A stretch of DNA of 64,000 nucleotides from Malacoraja senta (lineage: Eukaryota). Position 1 is the stretch's first letter. Each line of letters begins with the position of its first letter. Location: the NCBI GenBank assembly GCA_038087875.1, contig CM075999.1, forward strand, positions 3,164,001-3,228,000, given 5' to 3'. The position numbers were made by a program, and so were the translations under genes. Of the stretch, positions 39,337 to 53,912 are shown in pieces. The notes under the pieces were generated by a model that did not search any database, was not told the origin of the DNA, and was given only the letters and a program-made list of their open reading frames with translations.

Positions 39337-40166
39337 GGACAGCTCGGTGATTCTATTTGGGGAATTTGCTGCCTTTACTTGGACTGGTCAACGTGCGATT
39401 CCACAGCCACCAATCCGGTTGACTCATGCATGCCCCGTCTTGTCGCTGACTGGTTAGCACGCAACAAAAGCTTTTCACTGTAAACTAAACTGAAACTGAA
39501 CTCAGAGGCAAGTAGAGGTGGTCTCTGGCATGGTCACTGACGTCCACATTCCAGGAAGGGCTAAACTAAAAAGAAAGTTCTTTGCCCAACGACCCAATTG
39601 ACAATCCAGTTGGTGATACACACTGGAGGTCGTGCTTCTTCAAAGTCGGAGAGTGTGGCCAAACTCAAATTGGAGGAGCAGCACCTCATATTTCGCTTGG
39701 GCACCTTACAACCCAGCGGTATGAATATTAAATTCCACTGTGACAATAAAGTATTAATTCATTCCAAGTAACCCTCGCATCCCCTCTCCCTCCCCCCTCC
39801 CCCATCACCTCACTGCTCCCCAGAGAGCGGTCCTGAACTACTATCTACCTCATCGGTGACCCTCGGATTATCCTTGATCAGACTTTGCTGACTTTACCTT
39901 GCACTAAACTTTATTCCCCTATCATGTATCTATACACTGTGAATGGCTCGATTGTAATCACGTATTGTCTTTCCGCTGACTGGATAGCACGCAACAAAAG
40001 ATTTTCACCGTACCTCATGACCTCGTCCCGACACCACCCTAGTTGTTACACCAGTTTCACTGTCATCCTGTTTAAGAAGGAACTGCAGATGCTGGAAAAT
40101 CGAAGGTAGACAAAAGTGCTGGAGAAACTCAGTGGGTGCAGCAGCATCTATGGAGCGAAGGAAATA

Positions 40167-40197
40167 GGCAACGTTTCGGGCCGAAACCCTTCATCAG
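40167..40197 (-). ncRNA. Minimal hammerhead-ribozyme-like motif in a Penelope-like terminus (subfamily B)
   Basis: The minus strand reads CUGAUGA-A-GGGU(UUCG)GCCC-GAAAC-GUU, with palindromic AACGUU in place of helix III. Confidence 0.6.
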
Positions 40198-40659
40198 ATT
40201 CTTGATTCTTCAAAGTAGGCATACCTTGAGGAGATTTCGCAGTGGAGTAGACAAAGTGTTTAAGAAGGAACTGCAGATGCTGGAAAATCGAAGGTAGACA
40301 AAATTGCTGGAGAAACTCAGCAGGTGCAGCAGCATCTATGGAGCGAAGGAAATAGGCAACGTTTCGGGACGAAACCCTGAGGGTTTCGGCCCGAAACGTT
40401 GCCTATTTCCTTAAGGGTTTCGGGCCGAAACGTTGACTATTTCCTTCGCTCCATAGATGCTGCTGCACCCGCTGAGTTTCTCCAGCATTTTTGTCTACCT
40501 TCACTGTCATCCTGGTGAGTTTCATTGTCTGTAACTCATTTTCACCTAGCCCAGAGCAAACAATGGCCAGTTGCTTTTTTGCATATCTTTCATTCATTTG
40601 TTCTATATCTCTCTGCATCATCGTCAAAACACTTGTTTCCCTCTCCCCAGACTCTCAGT

Positions 40660-40687
40660 CTGATGAAGGGTCTCGACCCGAAACGTC
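40660..40687 (+). ncRNA. Minimal hammerhead-ribozyme-like motif in a Penelope-like terminus (subfamily A)
   Basis: CUGAUGA-A-GGGU(CUCG)ACCC-GAAAC-GUC. CUGAAGA variants lie at 8713, 12855, 33756, 42872 and 49272 (+) and at 30382-30409 (-). Confidence 0.6.
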
Positions 40688-42037
40688 ACCCATTCCTTCT
40701 CACCAGAGATGCCACCTGTCCCGCTGAGTTACTCCAGCATTTTGTGTCTGTCTTCGAGGTGGGACTTCATGGGCTTACCTTGGTATGGAGACGGGGTATT
40801 GGATGGGCGACCACTCCGACTGTGTTTCTGCCTTCTCCCATCTTTCCAATCTGCAACTAACACAAAGAACAACATATGGATTGATTCATCTTTGCCAGGA
40901 TAATCACAGACAGCATTTATGAAGTGTTAGAGTCCTAGTGTGATACAATGTGGAAACAGGCACTTCGGCCCAACCCGCCCACATCAGCCAACAATGTCCC
41001 AGCTACCCTAGTCCCGCTTGCCTTGGTTCATAACCCTCCAAACATTAGAAACATAGAAAATAGGTGCAGAAGTAGGCCATTCGGCCCTTCGAGCCTGCAC
41101 CGCCATTCAATATGATCATGGCTGATCATCCAACTCAGTATCCTGTGCCTGCTTTCTCTCCATACCCCCTGATCCCTTTAGCCACAAGGGCCACATCTAA
41201 CTCCCTCTTAAATATAGCCAATGAACTGGTCTCAACTACATTCTGTGGCAGAGAATTCCAGAGATTCACCACTCTCTGTGTAAAAAATGTTTTTCTCATC
41301 TCAGTCCTATTTCTCATCTCAAGCCTGTCCTATCCATGTACCTGTCCAACTGTTTCTTAAACATTGGGATAGTCCCAGCCTCAACTACCTCCTCTGGCAG
41401 TTTGTTCCATACACCCACCACCCTTTGCGTGAAAAAGTTACCCCTCAGATTCCTACACAGTCGGGACAATTTTCCAATGTTACCGAACCCAATTAACCTA
41501 CAAACCTGCATGCCTTTGGAGTGTGAGAGGAGAGTGGGGCACCCGGAGAAAACCCACGCAGGTCAATTCAGTTTATTGTCACGTGTACCGAGGTACAGTG
41601 AAAAGCTTTTGCTGCGTGCTAACCAGTCAGCGGGAAGACTGTGCAGGATTACAATCGAACGTCCACAAGGTTCCAGCAGTTTTAGAAACCTCTTATTCTG
41701 CCATTTCCTTGCGGGAACTGTCCTAACGTTTTCCCAAACACAGGTGAAGATTATAGTTTGGAATGGAATATGGAATACTTTATTGTCACACGTTGCGTGC
41801 GTACCCAAGGTATATAAATAGTGACCACATAAAGGGCATTCACAAAGTTACTAAGTACGTCGGCCCCCCTTTGTTCTCTTCCCCCCTACCCCCCACAGCG
41901 GTCCCCCCCCACACCGAGTCCACATTGTCCATTGTTCTTCCCCTCAACGCTCTCATCAACCACCAAGCAAGGGTCGACTCGCGAGGCTTCGCCACCGAGG
42001 TTTGTTCGTGGAATATCAAAATCCCGCCACAACTCAC

Positions 42038-42111
42038 CCTTTTGAGGCCCTGGTTTTCTCATTGTTGAGAGGTGAACGGCTGGTGTGGACAAACCCACCT
42101 GGAGGGGGTTC
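42038..42111 (-). CDS. scmh1: Probable first coding exon of scmh1 (ATG at 42062; MRKPGPQK, phase 1)
   Basis: ttgcag acceptor, acaATGa start and G|gtgagt donor. The phase fits the 29979 exon (MRKPGPQK|GHFSWDKY). An intervening exon that I could not identify may exist. Confidence 0.6.
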
Positions 42112-43369
42112 CTGCAACGAGTAAACAAAGCACCCAGTTACTCAATGATCAATCACAGACCCAACCCATTGGGCTTTTAATCATTCGCATTCCCCAGTGT
42201 AGTTTAGTTTAGAGATACAGTGCGGAAAAACGCTCCTCGGCCCACCGGGTCCGCGCCGGCCAGTGATCCCCGCACATTAACATTGTCCTACACACACACA
42301 CACAAACTGAGGAGATTTTACATTTATACCAAGTCAATTAACCTTACAAACCTGCACGTCTTTGGAGTGCGGGAAGGAAACCGGAGCACCCGGAGAAAAC
42401 CCACGCGGTCACGGCGATAACGTACAAACTCCGTACAGCACCCGTAATCAGGATCAAATCACACACCACAAGATAAAAAAATAGTTTCTACCCCAAGGCC
42501 ATCACCACTCTGAACTTTACACTGAACACACAGCCCCCATAGCCAATATTTTGTGCTGCCACAACACTACACCGTGAAATATTGCACATTATGACTTGCT
42601 GACGTTTTTCTTGCCATTTGTGTTGTTTCCATTGTCGTTATCTGATACGTTGGAGCTCCGCTCGGCCAGTGCTTCTGAAACTGTTTTACTGTTTTTTTTA
42701 ATAAATCATGTTTGTCTGGGTATCTAAATTTGTAGTTGATTAAGTTATGACATCGGATGGAAGCTGCATATCAAATCTCGTTGCACCTCTGTGCAATGAT
42801 AATAAAAGATCTTATTATTATTATTATTAAATGTTGTTGTATGTATTTACAATGACAATGTCGTGTCGTGTCTGAAGAAGGGTCTCGACCCGAAACGTCA
42901 CCCATTCCTTCTCTCCAGACATGCTGCCTGTCCCGCTGAGTTACTCCAGCATTTTGGGCCTGTTCCCATGCTGTTTGACACTGTGACGTCTACACAGGTT
43001 GTAATGCATCCTTCACTACTTCCCGACAGATGAAGAAAGGCTCTTGGGATTATGTGTCGGAGGGAACTGCAGATGCTAGTGGATACCAAAGATAGCGACA
43101 CAAAGTGCTGGAGTAACTCAGTGGGTCAGGCAGCATCTCTTGAGAAAAAAATAAAAGTTCTCCACAGATGCTGCCTGAAGCAATGTTACTCCAGCACTTT
43201 GTGTCTATCTTTGATTGGAATTATGCTGTGGGAAGCTGCAATTAACTGCTTCCTTTCTAGTGATTTGGGGAAGAAGTTATTGGTTTTCTCTTGCATAAAT
43301 ATACTACAAAAGTATTATAAATATATGATATATCTGAGGTACACAACTACCTCACTCATTCTCCACCTC

Positions 43370-43742
43370 CTTGCTCTTTCCCCACCCTCTCTCTCTCCGC
43401 CTCTCTCTCTCTCCGCCCCTCTCTCTCGTCTCTAACCCCTCTCCCTCCCTCCCCCTCTCTTTTTCTTTCTCCCCTCTCTCCCTCCATTTATTTCTCTCAC
43501 CCCTCTCTAACGCTCCCTCGCTCTCCCTCTTTCCCCCCGCATTCTCCCTCGCCATCTCTCTCTCCCCCTCTCTCTTTCTCTCTCTCTCACCCCTCCTCCC
43601 TCCCTCCTCTCTTTTCCTTTCTCCCCCTCTCTCTCCCTCCATTTATTTCTCACCTCCCTCTCTAACCCTCCCTTGCTCTCTCTCTTTCCCCCATCATCCC
43701 ACCTCGCTATCTCTCTCTCCCCCCCCCCTCTCTCTGTCCCCC
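43370..43742. repeat. CT-rich low-complexity tract
   Basis: Seen directly. Confidence 0.92.
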
Positions 43743-44258
43743 TTACCTGTCTGCTTTTGCATTTCCACGTGTGAGGTCAGAAACCGATAGCCACCAAGAG
43801 CCGCAGGGCTGGCACACTCACACAGTGAACGCCCCAATCAGTCTCTTCCCCAGAGTCGGTGAATCGAGGGCCAGAGGACATAGGTTCAAGGTGAAGGGGA
43901 AAAGATTTAATAGGAATCTGAGGGGTAACTTTTTCACACAAAGGGTGTTTGGTGGATGTATGGAACGAGCTGCCAGAGGAGGTAGTTGAGGCTGGGACTA
44001 TCCCAATGCTTAAGGAACAATTGGACAGGTAGACACAAAACGCTGGAGTAACTCAGCAGGTCAGACAGCATCTCTGGAGAGAAGGAATGGGTAACGTTTC
44101 AGGTCGAGACAGGGACATGAATAGGACAGGTTTGGAGGGATATGGGCCAAACACGGGCAGGTGGGGCTAGTGTAGCTGGGACATGTTGGCCGGTGTGGGC
44201 TAGTTGGGCCGAAGGGCCTGTTGCAACACTGTATCACTCTATGACTCGAAGACTCTTA

Positions 44259-44553
44259 TGGGCCTGTCCCACTTGGCGATTTTTAAGGCAACTGCCGGCG
44301 ACTGTCATAGTTGCAGCAGGTCGCCGAAAAACCGGTAACCTGCTGCATCCTGGCGACAACCTATGTCAGGAGAAGTCAAGCTACGCTCATTGGCGTCAAA
44401 CCCACGGTCTCTTGCATAATTAGCGGCGACCAGAAAGACGCAACAACTTTTTGCGCGACTGAGGAGACGACTCCCGCCAACCACCAGCGAACATGTGGCG
44501 ACAAACTAGTCACCTGTAGCTGCCTAGAAAATCGCCTAAGTGGGACAGGCCCA
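44259..44553. mobile_element. PIF/Harbinger-type MITE (different interior, same TIR family)
   Basis: TIRs tgggcctgtcccacttggcgatttt and aaaatcgcctaagtgggacaggccca, with tta/tca flanks. Confidence 0.8.
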
Positions 44554-44940
44554 TCACACTCTAAGACTCTATGAGTGGAATGAAGTGTATTACCACAGCA
44601 CCTTAAACCGTGATCCATCAGCCACACATAGACTGGCGACAATAACGGCCTCCATGCCTTACACACTTGAATTGGCCCGACTACCTGCTCTGTGAAGGGT
44701 GACTCACTGTTGGTCAAAGGCCAAGAGTCATGTCGGACGGAGTCATGCAAGACATCGCAGAGGGCCAGCCTGACATAGTGAGCGGCTCATATTGCAACGT
44801 TTAACCCATTGCTACCAAGGAGCAAATGTGCAGTTTGCAGCTTTGTAACTGCAATGTACAAATGAGTTTAGTTTAGTTAAGAGATACAGAGCAGAAACAG
44901 GCCCATTGGACCAGAGTCCATGCCGACAAGCGATCACCGT

Positions 44941-46736
44941 ACACTAGCACTAACACACACACACACACTAGCACTAACACACGCACACACACACTAGCAC
45001 TAACACACGCACACACACACTAGCACTAACACACGCACACACACACACTAGCACTAACACACACACACTAACACACACACACACACACACTAGCACTAAC
45101 ACACGCACACACACACACTAGCACTAACACACACTAGCACTAACACACGCACACACACACACTAGCACTAACACACGCACACACACACTAGCACTAACAC
45201 ACACACACTAACACACACACACACACACTAGCACTAACACACGCACACACACGCACACACACACACACTAGCACTAACACACACACACACACACACACAC
45301 TAGCACTAACACACACACACACACTAGCACTAACACACCAACTAGCGCACACACACACTAGCACTAACACACCAACTAGCGCACACACACACACTAGCAC
45401 TAACACACACACACACACACACACTAGCACTAACACACACACACACACTAGCACTAACACACCAACTAGCGCACACACACACACTAGCACTAACACACCA
45501 ACTAGCGCACACACACACACTAGCACTAACACACACACACACACACACTAGCACTAACACACGCACACACACTAGCACTAACACACACACACACACTAGC
45601 ACTAACACACACACACACACGCACACACACACACACTAGCACTAACACACGCACACACACTAGCACTAACACCCACACTGAAACACACACACACACTAGC
45701 ACTAACACACGCACACACACGCACCAACTAGCGCGCACACGCACACACACACTAGCACTAACACACACACTAACACACACACACTAGCACTAACACACAC
45801 ACACTAGCACTAACACACACACACTAACACACACACACACTAGCACTAACACACTAGCACTAACACACACACACACACTAGCACTAACACACACACACAC
45901 TAACACACACACACTAGCACTAACACACACACACACACTAACACACACACACTAGCACTAACACACACACACTAGCACTAACACACACACACTAACACAC
46001 ACACACACTAGCACTAACACACTAGCACTAACACACACACACACACTAGCACTAACACACACACACACTAACACACACACACTAGCACTAACACACACAC
46101 ACACACTAACACACACACACTAGCACTAACACACACACACTAGCACTAACACACACACACTAACACACACACACACTAGCACTAACACACACACACTAAC
46201 ACACACACACACACTAACACACACACACACTAACACACACACACTAGCACTAACACACACACACACTAACACACACACACTAGCACTAACACACACACAC
46301 ACTAACACACACACACACACTAGCACTAACACACACACACTAGCACTAACACACACACACACACTAGCACTAACACACACACACACACTAGCACTAACAC
46401 ACACACACACACTAGCACTAACACACACACACACTAACACACTAACACACACACACACTAACACACACACACACACTAACACTGACACACACACACACTA
46501 GCACTAACACACACACACACTAGCACTAACACACACACACACTAACACACTAACACACACACACACTAACACACACACACACACTAACACACACACTAGC
46601 ACTGACACACACACACACTAGCACTAACACACACACACACACTAGCACTAACACACACACACACACTAGCACTAACACACACACACACTAGCGCACACAC
46701 GCACCAACTAGCGCGCACAAGCACACACACACACTA
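44941..46736. repeat. 1.8-kb compound satellite [ACTAGCACTA(AC)n] inside a V-SINE
   Basis: The SINE tail (44866-44940) and SINE core (46737-46833) flank the array. Confidence 0.95.
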
Positions 46737-47799
46737 CAATTTTACCAAAGCCAATTAACCCACAGGCCTGCACGTCTTTGGAGTGTAGGAAGAAACCGGA
46801 GCACCCGAAGAAAACCCACGCAGGTCACGGGGAAACATAGAAACATAGAAAATAGGTGCAGGAGTAGGCCATTCGGCCCTTCGAGCCTGCACCGCCATTC
46901 AATATGATCATGGCTGATCATCCAGCTCAGTATCCTGTACCTGCCTTCTCTCCATACCCCCTGGTCCCTTTAGCCACAAGGGCCACATCTAACTCCCTCT
47001 TAAATATAGGGAGAAGGCAAAACTTCGTACAGACAGCACCCCTAGTCAGGATCGAGCTGGGATTGGTGATTTTTGAGGGTCCCGAACTGAAACGTCACCT
47101 ATCCATGTTCTCCACAGATGCTGCCTGACCCACTGAGTTACTCCAGCACTCTGTGAAACGTCACCTATCCACGTTCTCCACAGATGCTGCCTGACCCGCT
47201 GAGTTACTCCAGCACTCTGTGAAACGTCACCTATCCATGTTCTCCACAGATGCTGCCTGACCCGCTGAGTTACTCTGGCACAGTGTACTTCTGTGCTTTG
47301 TAAGCTATACGGAACCACACTATAAATGATAAGGTAGACCAAAATGCTGGAAAATCTCAGCGGGTGCGGCAGCATCTATGGAGCGAAGGAAATAGGCAAC
47401 GTTTCGGCCCGAAACCCTTCCGGGTTTCGGCCCGAAACGTTGCCTATTTCCTTCAGGGTTTCGGCCCGAAAGGTTGCCCATTTCCTTCGCTCCATAGATG
47501 CTGCCTGGCCCGCTGAGTTACTCCAGCACTCTGTGAAACGTCACCTATCCATGTTCTCCACAGATGCTGCCTGACCCGCCGAGTTACTCCAGCACTCTGT
47601 GAAACGTCACCTATCCATGTTCTCCACAGATGCTGCCTGACCCGCTGAGTTACTCCAGCACTCTGTTCTACACATAAAATAGTTATTGTGCCAACATCGT
47701 TGGAAGCAAATTTGATGTAGGATATTGAACTTTGTGAGTATACGATTAAATTGCAAGATGAAATATTGGGCGGTGAAGGTGAAGTGGGGTTTTAGATCA

Positions 47800-48831
47800 G
47801 ACGCCAAGAATCCTTTGCACCACCTCGCCCAGGACTCACAGCAACTGGGACCTCAACACCTGTCATCTCGTCGCCCCTTCTCCCATCACGCAGCGACCCT
47901 CTGTGGCTCCGGTTTCAACACACTAGGAGCATGGAGAACCAACTGGGAACAGACTTCGCGACCTCCTCAATTCACTGTTGCACCGAACACCACAGCCCCA
48001 CCCGGCTCGGACCTGCCCTGCAAAGAGTGGGTCCGCCATGAACCGGCTCCGTACAGGGGTCGGCCGGTTCAACGCCAACATGAATCGCTGGGGACTGCGT
48101 TCATCAGCAGCCTGCGTGTGTGGAGCAGATCAGCAAACAGCGCAGCAGCACGGCATTTTCGACTGCGCTGTCCACTGCCCCCATGGTGGAGGGGTAGACC
48201 GCACAACCCTCGACAATAGACAGTAGACAATAGGTGCAGGAGTAGGCCATTCGGCCCTTCGTGCCAGCACCGCCATTCAATGTGATCATGGCTGATCATC
48301 CCCAATCAGTACCCCGTTCCTGCCTTCTCCCCATATCCCCTGACTCCGCTATCTTTACGAGCCCTATCTAGCTCTCTCTTGAAAGCATCCAGAGAACCGG
48401 CCTCCACCGCCCTCTGAGGCAGAGAATTCCACAGACTCACCACTCTCTGTGTGAAAAAGTGTTTCCTCGTCTCCGTTCTAAATGGCTTACTCCTTATTCT
48501 TAAACTGTGGCCCCTGGTTCTGGTCTCCCCCAACATCGGGAACATGTTTCCTGCCTCTAGCGTGTCCAAGCCCTTAACAATCTTATAAGTTTCAATGAGA
48601 TCCGCTCTCATCCTTCTAAACTCCAGAGTGTACAAGCCCAGCCGCTCCATTCTCTGAGCATATGACAGTCCCGCCATCCCGGGAATTAACCTGGTGAACC
48701 TACGCTGCACTCCCTCAATAGCAAGAATGTAAACCTACGCTGCACTCCCTCAATAGCAAGAATATTGAACTGGCTACAGCGCCTGGAGGCCGTTACATAA
48801 CTTCTGCTGCCTCAAACGCAAGAAGCAGCAG
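47800..48831 (+). mobile_element. Vingi/Ingi-like LINE 3' fragment split by a CR1 copy (48213-48763, minus strand)
   Basis: LSSRRPF...PGSDLPCKEW...NRLRTGVGRF.ANM.RWGL.SSAACVCG..QT..H...C, resuming after the CR1 as LNWLQRLEAVT* with a caagaagcagcag tail. The clade call is from the recalled C-terminal zinc-knuckle motif. Confidence 0.62.
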
Positions 48832-51800
48832 ATAGGCAGGTGGATGTACAGGGAATGGAGGGATGTAGATCGCGTGCAGGCAGAGAAGATCCGTTTAACT
48901 TGACGGTAAGAGGGTCATATGTACTAAAATGGAACAATGAAATTCTTACTTGCAGCAACCTGGACAAGGACACTGTGGACTGAAAAGCCCCTTCTTGCGT
49001 TGAGCTGTTCTAAGTTCTGAAGATAGACACAAAGCGCTGGAGTAACTCAGCGGGACAGGCAGCATCTCTGGAAAGAAGGGATGGGTGACATTTTGGGTCA
49101 AGACCCTTCTTCAAACTTCTCGACCCCAGCAGTATGAACACTGACTTCTCTAACTTCAAATAGCCCTTGCTTTCCCTCTCTCTCCATCCCCTCCCCTTCC
49201 CAGTTCTCCCACTAGTCCTACTGTCTCCGACTACATTCTATCTTTGTCCCGCCCCCATCCCAGACATCAGTCTGAAGAAGGGTCTCGACCCGAAACGTGG
49301 CCCATTCCTTCTCTCCAGAGATGTTGCCTCATCCGCTGAGTTACTCCAGCATTTTGTGTCTACCTTCAATACTTTGGTAGGACTGGTTTGGGGATATGGA
49401 CCAAACGCGGGCAGGTGGGACTAGTGTAGCTGTGACATGTTGGCCGGTGTGGGCAAGATAGATAGAAACATAGAAAATAGGTGCAGGATGAGGCCATTCA
49501 GCCCTTTGAGCCAGCACCGCCATTCATTGTGATCATGGCTGATCGTCCCCAATCAATAACCCGTGCCTGCCTTCTCCCCATATCCCTTGATTCCACTAGC
49601 CCCAGAACTCTAGCTAACTCTCTCTTAAATCCATCCGGTGATTTGGATGGGCCGAAGGGCCTGTTTCCACGCTGTATCACTCTACAGGCCCAGTGCCATC
49701 AAACGCTCATCATATGTTAACCCAAGGTCAAGGATCATGTAGAATGTTTGAAGAGGCAGCGTCAGTGACTCGTGCTGGAATCCTGAAGTTGTTGTCAATT
49801 CCCTCGTGTAACAGAAAAACAAACTAGGATTTGTCATATTTTATTGCCACAAAACACAGGCCACAAAGTCCACAGTGGCATTAGAGAACGCACTGTTTAG
49901 ACGGAGTCACTACATTTTCCTGCAAGTGTAGCAGGGATATGTTTTTGGAGAAAATATTAAATGCTTTTTATAATCTGTCCAATAATAATCTGTTTGAAGA
50001 GCTTTCAGAATAAGAAAACATACAGATTTTTACGAGGATGTTGCCAGGTCTCGAGGGTCTGAGCTGTAGGGAGAGGTTGAGTAGGCAGGGACTCTATTCC
50101 CTGGAGCACAGGAGGATGAGGGGTGATCTTATACAGGGAAGTGCATAGTCATGAGAGGAATAGATCGGGTAGATGCACAGAGTCTCTTGCCCAGAGTTGG
50201 GGGAATCGGGAACCAGAGGACATAGGTTTAAGGTGAAGGGGAGAACAATGTAAGAGGAACCCAAGGGGCAACATTTTTTTTTACACAAAGGGTGGTGGGT
50301 GTATGGAACGAGCTGCCGGAGGAGGTAGTTGAGGCTGGGACTATCGCAGCATTTAGGAAACATTTGGTCAGGTACATGGATAGGACAGTAGAGTCTGAAG
50401 AAGTGTCTCGACCCCAAAACGTCACCTTCTCTCCAGAGATGCCGCCTGTCGCAAGCATTCTGTGCCGAACATGGATACTCAAGCATGAGTTACTCGAGCA
50501 TTCTGTGTCGAACATGGATAGGACATGGTTAGACGTGGTGGGACTAGCGTAGATGGGGCATGTTGGTCGGCGTGGGCAAGTTGGGCAGAAGGGCGTGCTT
50601 CCACGCTGTTGATATTCAGTGCATACACATGGAGGATGTGGGAGAGATGCAAGGCTGTTGAAGACCTTCAGTTAAAGGATCTTCTGTCAAATAATGGATG
50701 GCCATGTGGAGGCCGTGATCCATTCACATCCAGGAACCTTTCAATGTAAATCTCCTCAGCCAACATAATACAATGATCGTAAAGTGCCACTGGGAGAAGG
50801 TTTAGTTAAAATTTAGTATAGTTTAGAGATACAGCGCAAAAACAGGCCCTTCGGCCCACCGAGTCCCTGCCGACCAGCAATCACCCCACACACTAACCTA
50901 CACACACTAGGGACAATTTACCAAGCCAATTAGCCGACAAACCTGCACGTCTTTGGAGTGTGTGTGGAAACCGGAGCACCCGTAGAAAACCCACGCAGGT
51001 TACGGGGAGAACGTACAAACTCCGTTCAGACAGCACCCGTAGTCGGGATCGAACCCGGGTCTCTGGCGCTGTGAGGCAGCAACTCTACCGCTGTGTTGCT
51101 GCGTCACCACAAAGAGTGTGGAAGATTATTTGAAACTGAAATAGGATGTATTGCAGATTCCAACGCATAAACTAAAAAAATTCTGATTTATGCACAGATT
51201 TTTAATTATAAAACTGCTTTATGTTTAATATCTTAGATATGATTTTAAACGTTGATGGAAGCAATTAAGTTGAACCATCCAACTGAATTAACATTCTCTG
51301 AATTATGAATCAATTTTAATCAATACCATTAATAAAATCCCAGAAATCTCCTGACAAATACAACTGATTCCATGATTTTATCCCCTCCTCAGTGCTGAAT
51401 CAATAATGTTTACGAAGGAACTGCAGATGCTGGTCTACACCGAAAATAGACACCAAATGCTGGAGTAACTGAGCGGGACGGGCAGCATCTCTGGAGAGAA
51501 GGAACGGGTGACGTTTCGGGTCGAGACCTTTCTTCAGACTTCTCAACCCGAAACGTCACCCATTCCTTCCCTCCAGAGATGACGACTGTCCTGCTGATTT
51601 ACTCCAGCTTTTTGCGTCTATCTTCGATTCAATAATGTTTACAACTTTGATTGAAAGAAAAACATAGAAACAGGCCCTTCGGCCCACCGATTCCATGCCG
51701 ACCGTCGATCATCCATTCACACTGCTTCCATGTTATCCCACTTTCTCATCCACTCCCCAAGCACAAGGGGCAATTTACAGAGGGACGATTAACTTACAAA

Positions 51801-52241
51801 CCCGCACGTCTTTGGGTTGTGGGGGGAAACCGGAGCACCCGGTGGAAACCCAGGAGGTCACATGGGGAACGGGCAAACTCCTCACAGATAGCACCCAAGG
51901 CCATACAGCTGTGCTGTATGACTCTTTGGGCAGGTGTGACTCGTGAAGGAAGGAACTGCAGATGCTGGTTTACACCGAAGATAGACCCAAAATGCTGGAG
52001 TAACTCAGCGGGACAGGCAGCATCTCTGGAGAGAAGGAATGGGTTTCGAGTCGAGACCCTTCTTCAGACGCAATTTGAATCCATTTTCAGACACAGTCTG
52101 ATGAAGGGTCCCGACATCTATCGAGGAATGTCACCTCACCCATGTACATGGGGCATGTGGGTCAGCATGGGTACGTTGGGCCGAAGGGCTTGTTTCCGCG
52201 CTGTGTGACTCTGTTGTAAAGACCTCCATCTGACACCCTAC

Positions 52242-52457
52242 CTTGGGAAGGTGTGTGCTTGTGTGATGGCCGACCCACTGGTAGACGGCTATGAACCTGC
52301 ATTCATTTAGCTGCCTGTCCTCAACATCGCCGCAGCAACCGCAGCAAAATCCTCTTCCCATTCATTCACACGTTGGTAATCCGCGAGTTCAAATCCCGCT
52401 GCTGGTCTTGGTCCACAGGATGCCTGGGAACGAGGAGCTCTCGGGAGAATAAGTAAT
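52242..52457 (-). other. scmh1: Putative scmh1 5' UTR exon (216 bp)
   Basis: Non-repetitive segment with a ttttctgtttcaaatttcag acceptor and an AAG|gtaggg donor, lying between exon 1 and the coding exons. Confidence 0.45.
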
Positions 52458-52575
52458 CTGAAATTTGAAACAGAAAACAATGTAAGAGCCGGCAAAGGTT
52501 TTTTTCTTCTTCTTTTTTTCTGAGTTTTTGTTATATTATTTATGATTACATATTCTGTTGTGCTGCAGCAAGTCA

Positions 52576-52804
52576 AGGGCCTGTCCCACTTGGTGATATT
52601 TTCGGCGACTGCCGGCATCATATCAGTGTAAAACCAAAAGATTTTGAACATTTCAAAATCCAACGGCGACAAAAAAACTGTTGCGACACTTGAAAAAACA
52701 CCGCGTGGCAATACGCAGTCACACCGCACATTTTTCGGTGACCTGATACGTCAGTTAATGATGCCGGCAGTCACTGAAAAAAATCGCCAAATGGGACAGG
52801 CCCT
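52576..52804. mobile_element. PIF/Harbinger-type MITE
   Basis: TIRs agggcctgtcccacttgg and ccaaatgggacaggccct. It sits at a TAA-type site (tca/taa) within another repeat's tail. Confidence 0.85.
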
Positions 52805-52867
52805 TAAGTATTTAATTGTTCTATCTGAGACATCTGACAATAAAACACTCTTGACTCGACCATGACA

Positions 52868-53172
52868 GGGCAGCACGGTGGTGCAGCGGTGGAGCTGCTG
52901 TTGCACAGCGTCAGAGACCCGGGTTCGATCCTGACTACGGGCGCTGTCTGCACGGAGTTTGTACGTTCCCCCCGTGACCGCGTGGGTTTTCTCCAGGTGC
53001 TCCGGTTTCCTCCCAAACTCCAAAGACGTACAGGTTTGTAGGTTAATTAGCTTCTGTAAATTGTAAATTGTCCCTAGTGTGTAGGATAGTGCAAGTGTAC
53101 GGGATGATCACTTGTCAGCACCGACTTGGAGGGCCGAAGGGCCTGTTTCCGTGCTGTATCCCTAAAGTAAAG
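52868..53172 (+). mobile_element. HE1-like V-SINE, full length
   Basis: A-box tggtgcagcgg, B-box ggttcgatcc, V-core and LINE-like tail. Confidence 0.85.
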
Positions 53173-53319
53173 TGTCCAGGAGGTGCCGGACCACCAGTTA
53201 CCAGATATTCAGTGGTGGATCCGTGTACAGAGAGAGATTAACTGTCCATATCTGCAAAGATCAAGACATGTCCATCATTGCAAATCATCACTACCCTTGT
53301 AGTGCCAGAGGGGAGCAAA

Positions 53320-53912
53320 ACACACACACACACACTCTCTCACACACACACACACGCACTCACACATGCGCTCTCTCACACACATGCACGCACACATTCT
53401 CATACTCACTTCCACTCTCACACACGCGCCTTCACACACAATCTCACACACACACACTGACACACACACACGCAGACACACTCTCACACACACTGACACA
53501 CACACACGCAGACACACTCTCACACACACTGACTCACACACACGCAGACACACTCTCACACACACTGACACACACACACGCAGACACACACTGACACACA
53601 CTGACACACACACATGCACTCTCTCACATGCATGCTCACACTCACTCAACACACATGCACTGACACACACACACACTCTCACACACACACTGTCTCACAT
53701 ACGCGCTCTCTCACACACATGCACTCACACAAGCATTCTCACACTCACTTCCACTCACACGCGCTCACAGTCTCACACGCACTGACACACACACGCATTG
53801 ACACACACACACTACCACACGCACACACTTACTCTCTCACACGCATGCTCACACTAACTCAACACACATGCACTGACACACACACACACACAGATTCTCC
53901 AACACACACTCA
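53320..53912. repeat. Degenerate (CA)n microsatellite
   Basis: Seen directly. Confidence 0.95.

Noticed and set aside
45194..46494. Cys/Val-rich ORFs (also 15190-16090, 53172-54860 and 57921-58498)
   Set aside because: These are translations of microsatellites.
52868..52945. tRNA genes
   Set aside because: The A/B boxes belong to SINE heads that run directly into the V-SINE core; there is no complete cloverleaf.
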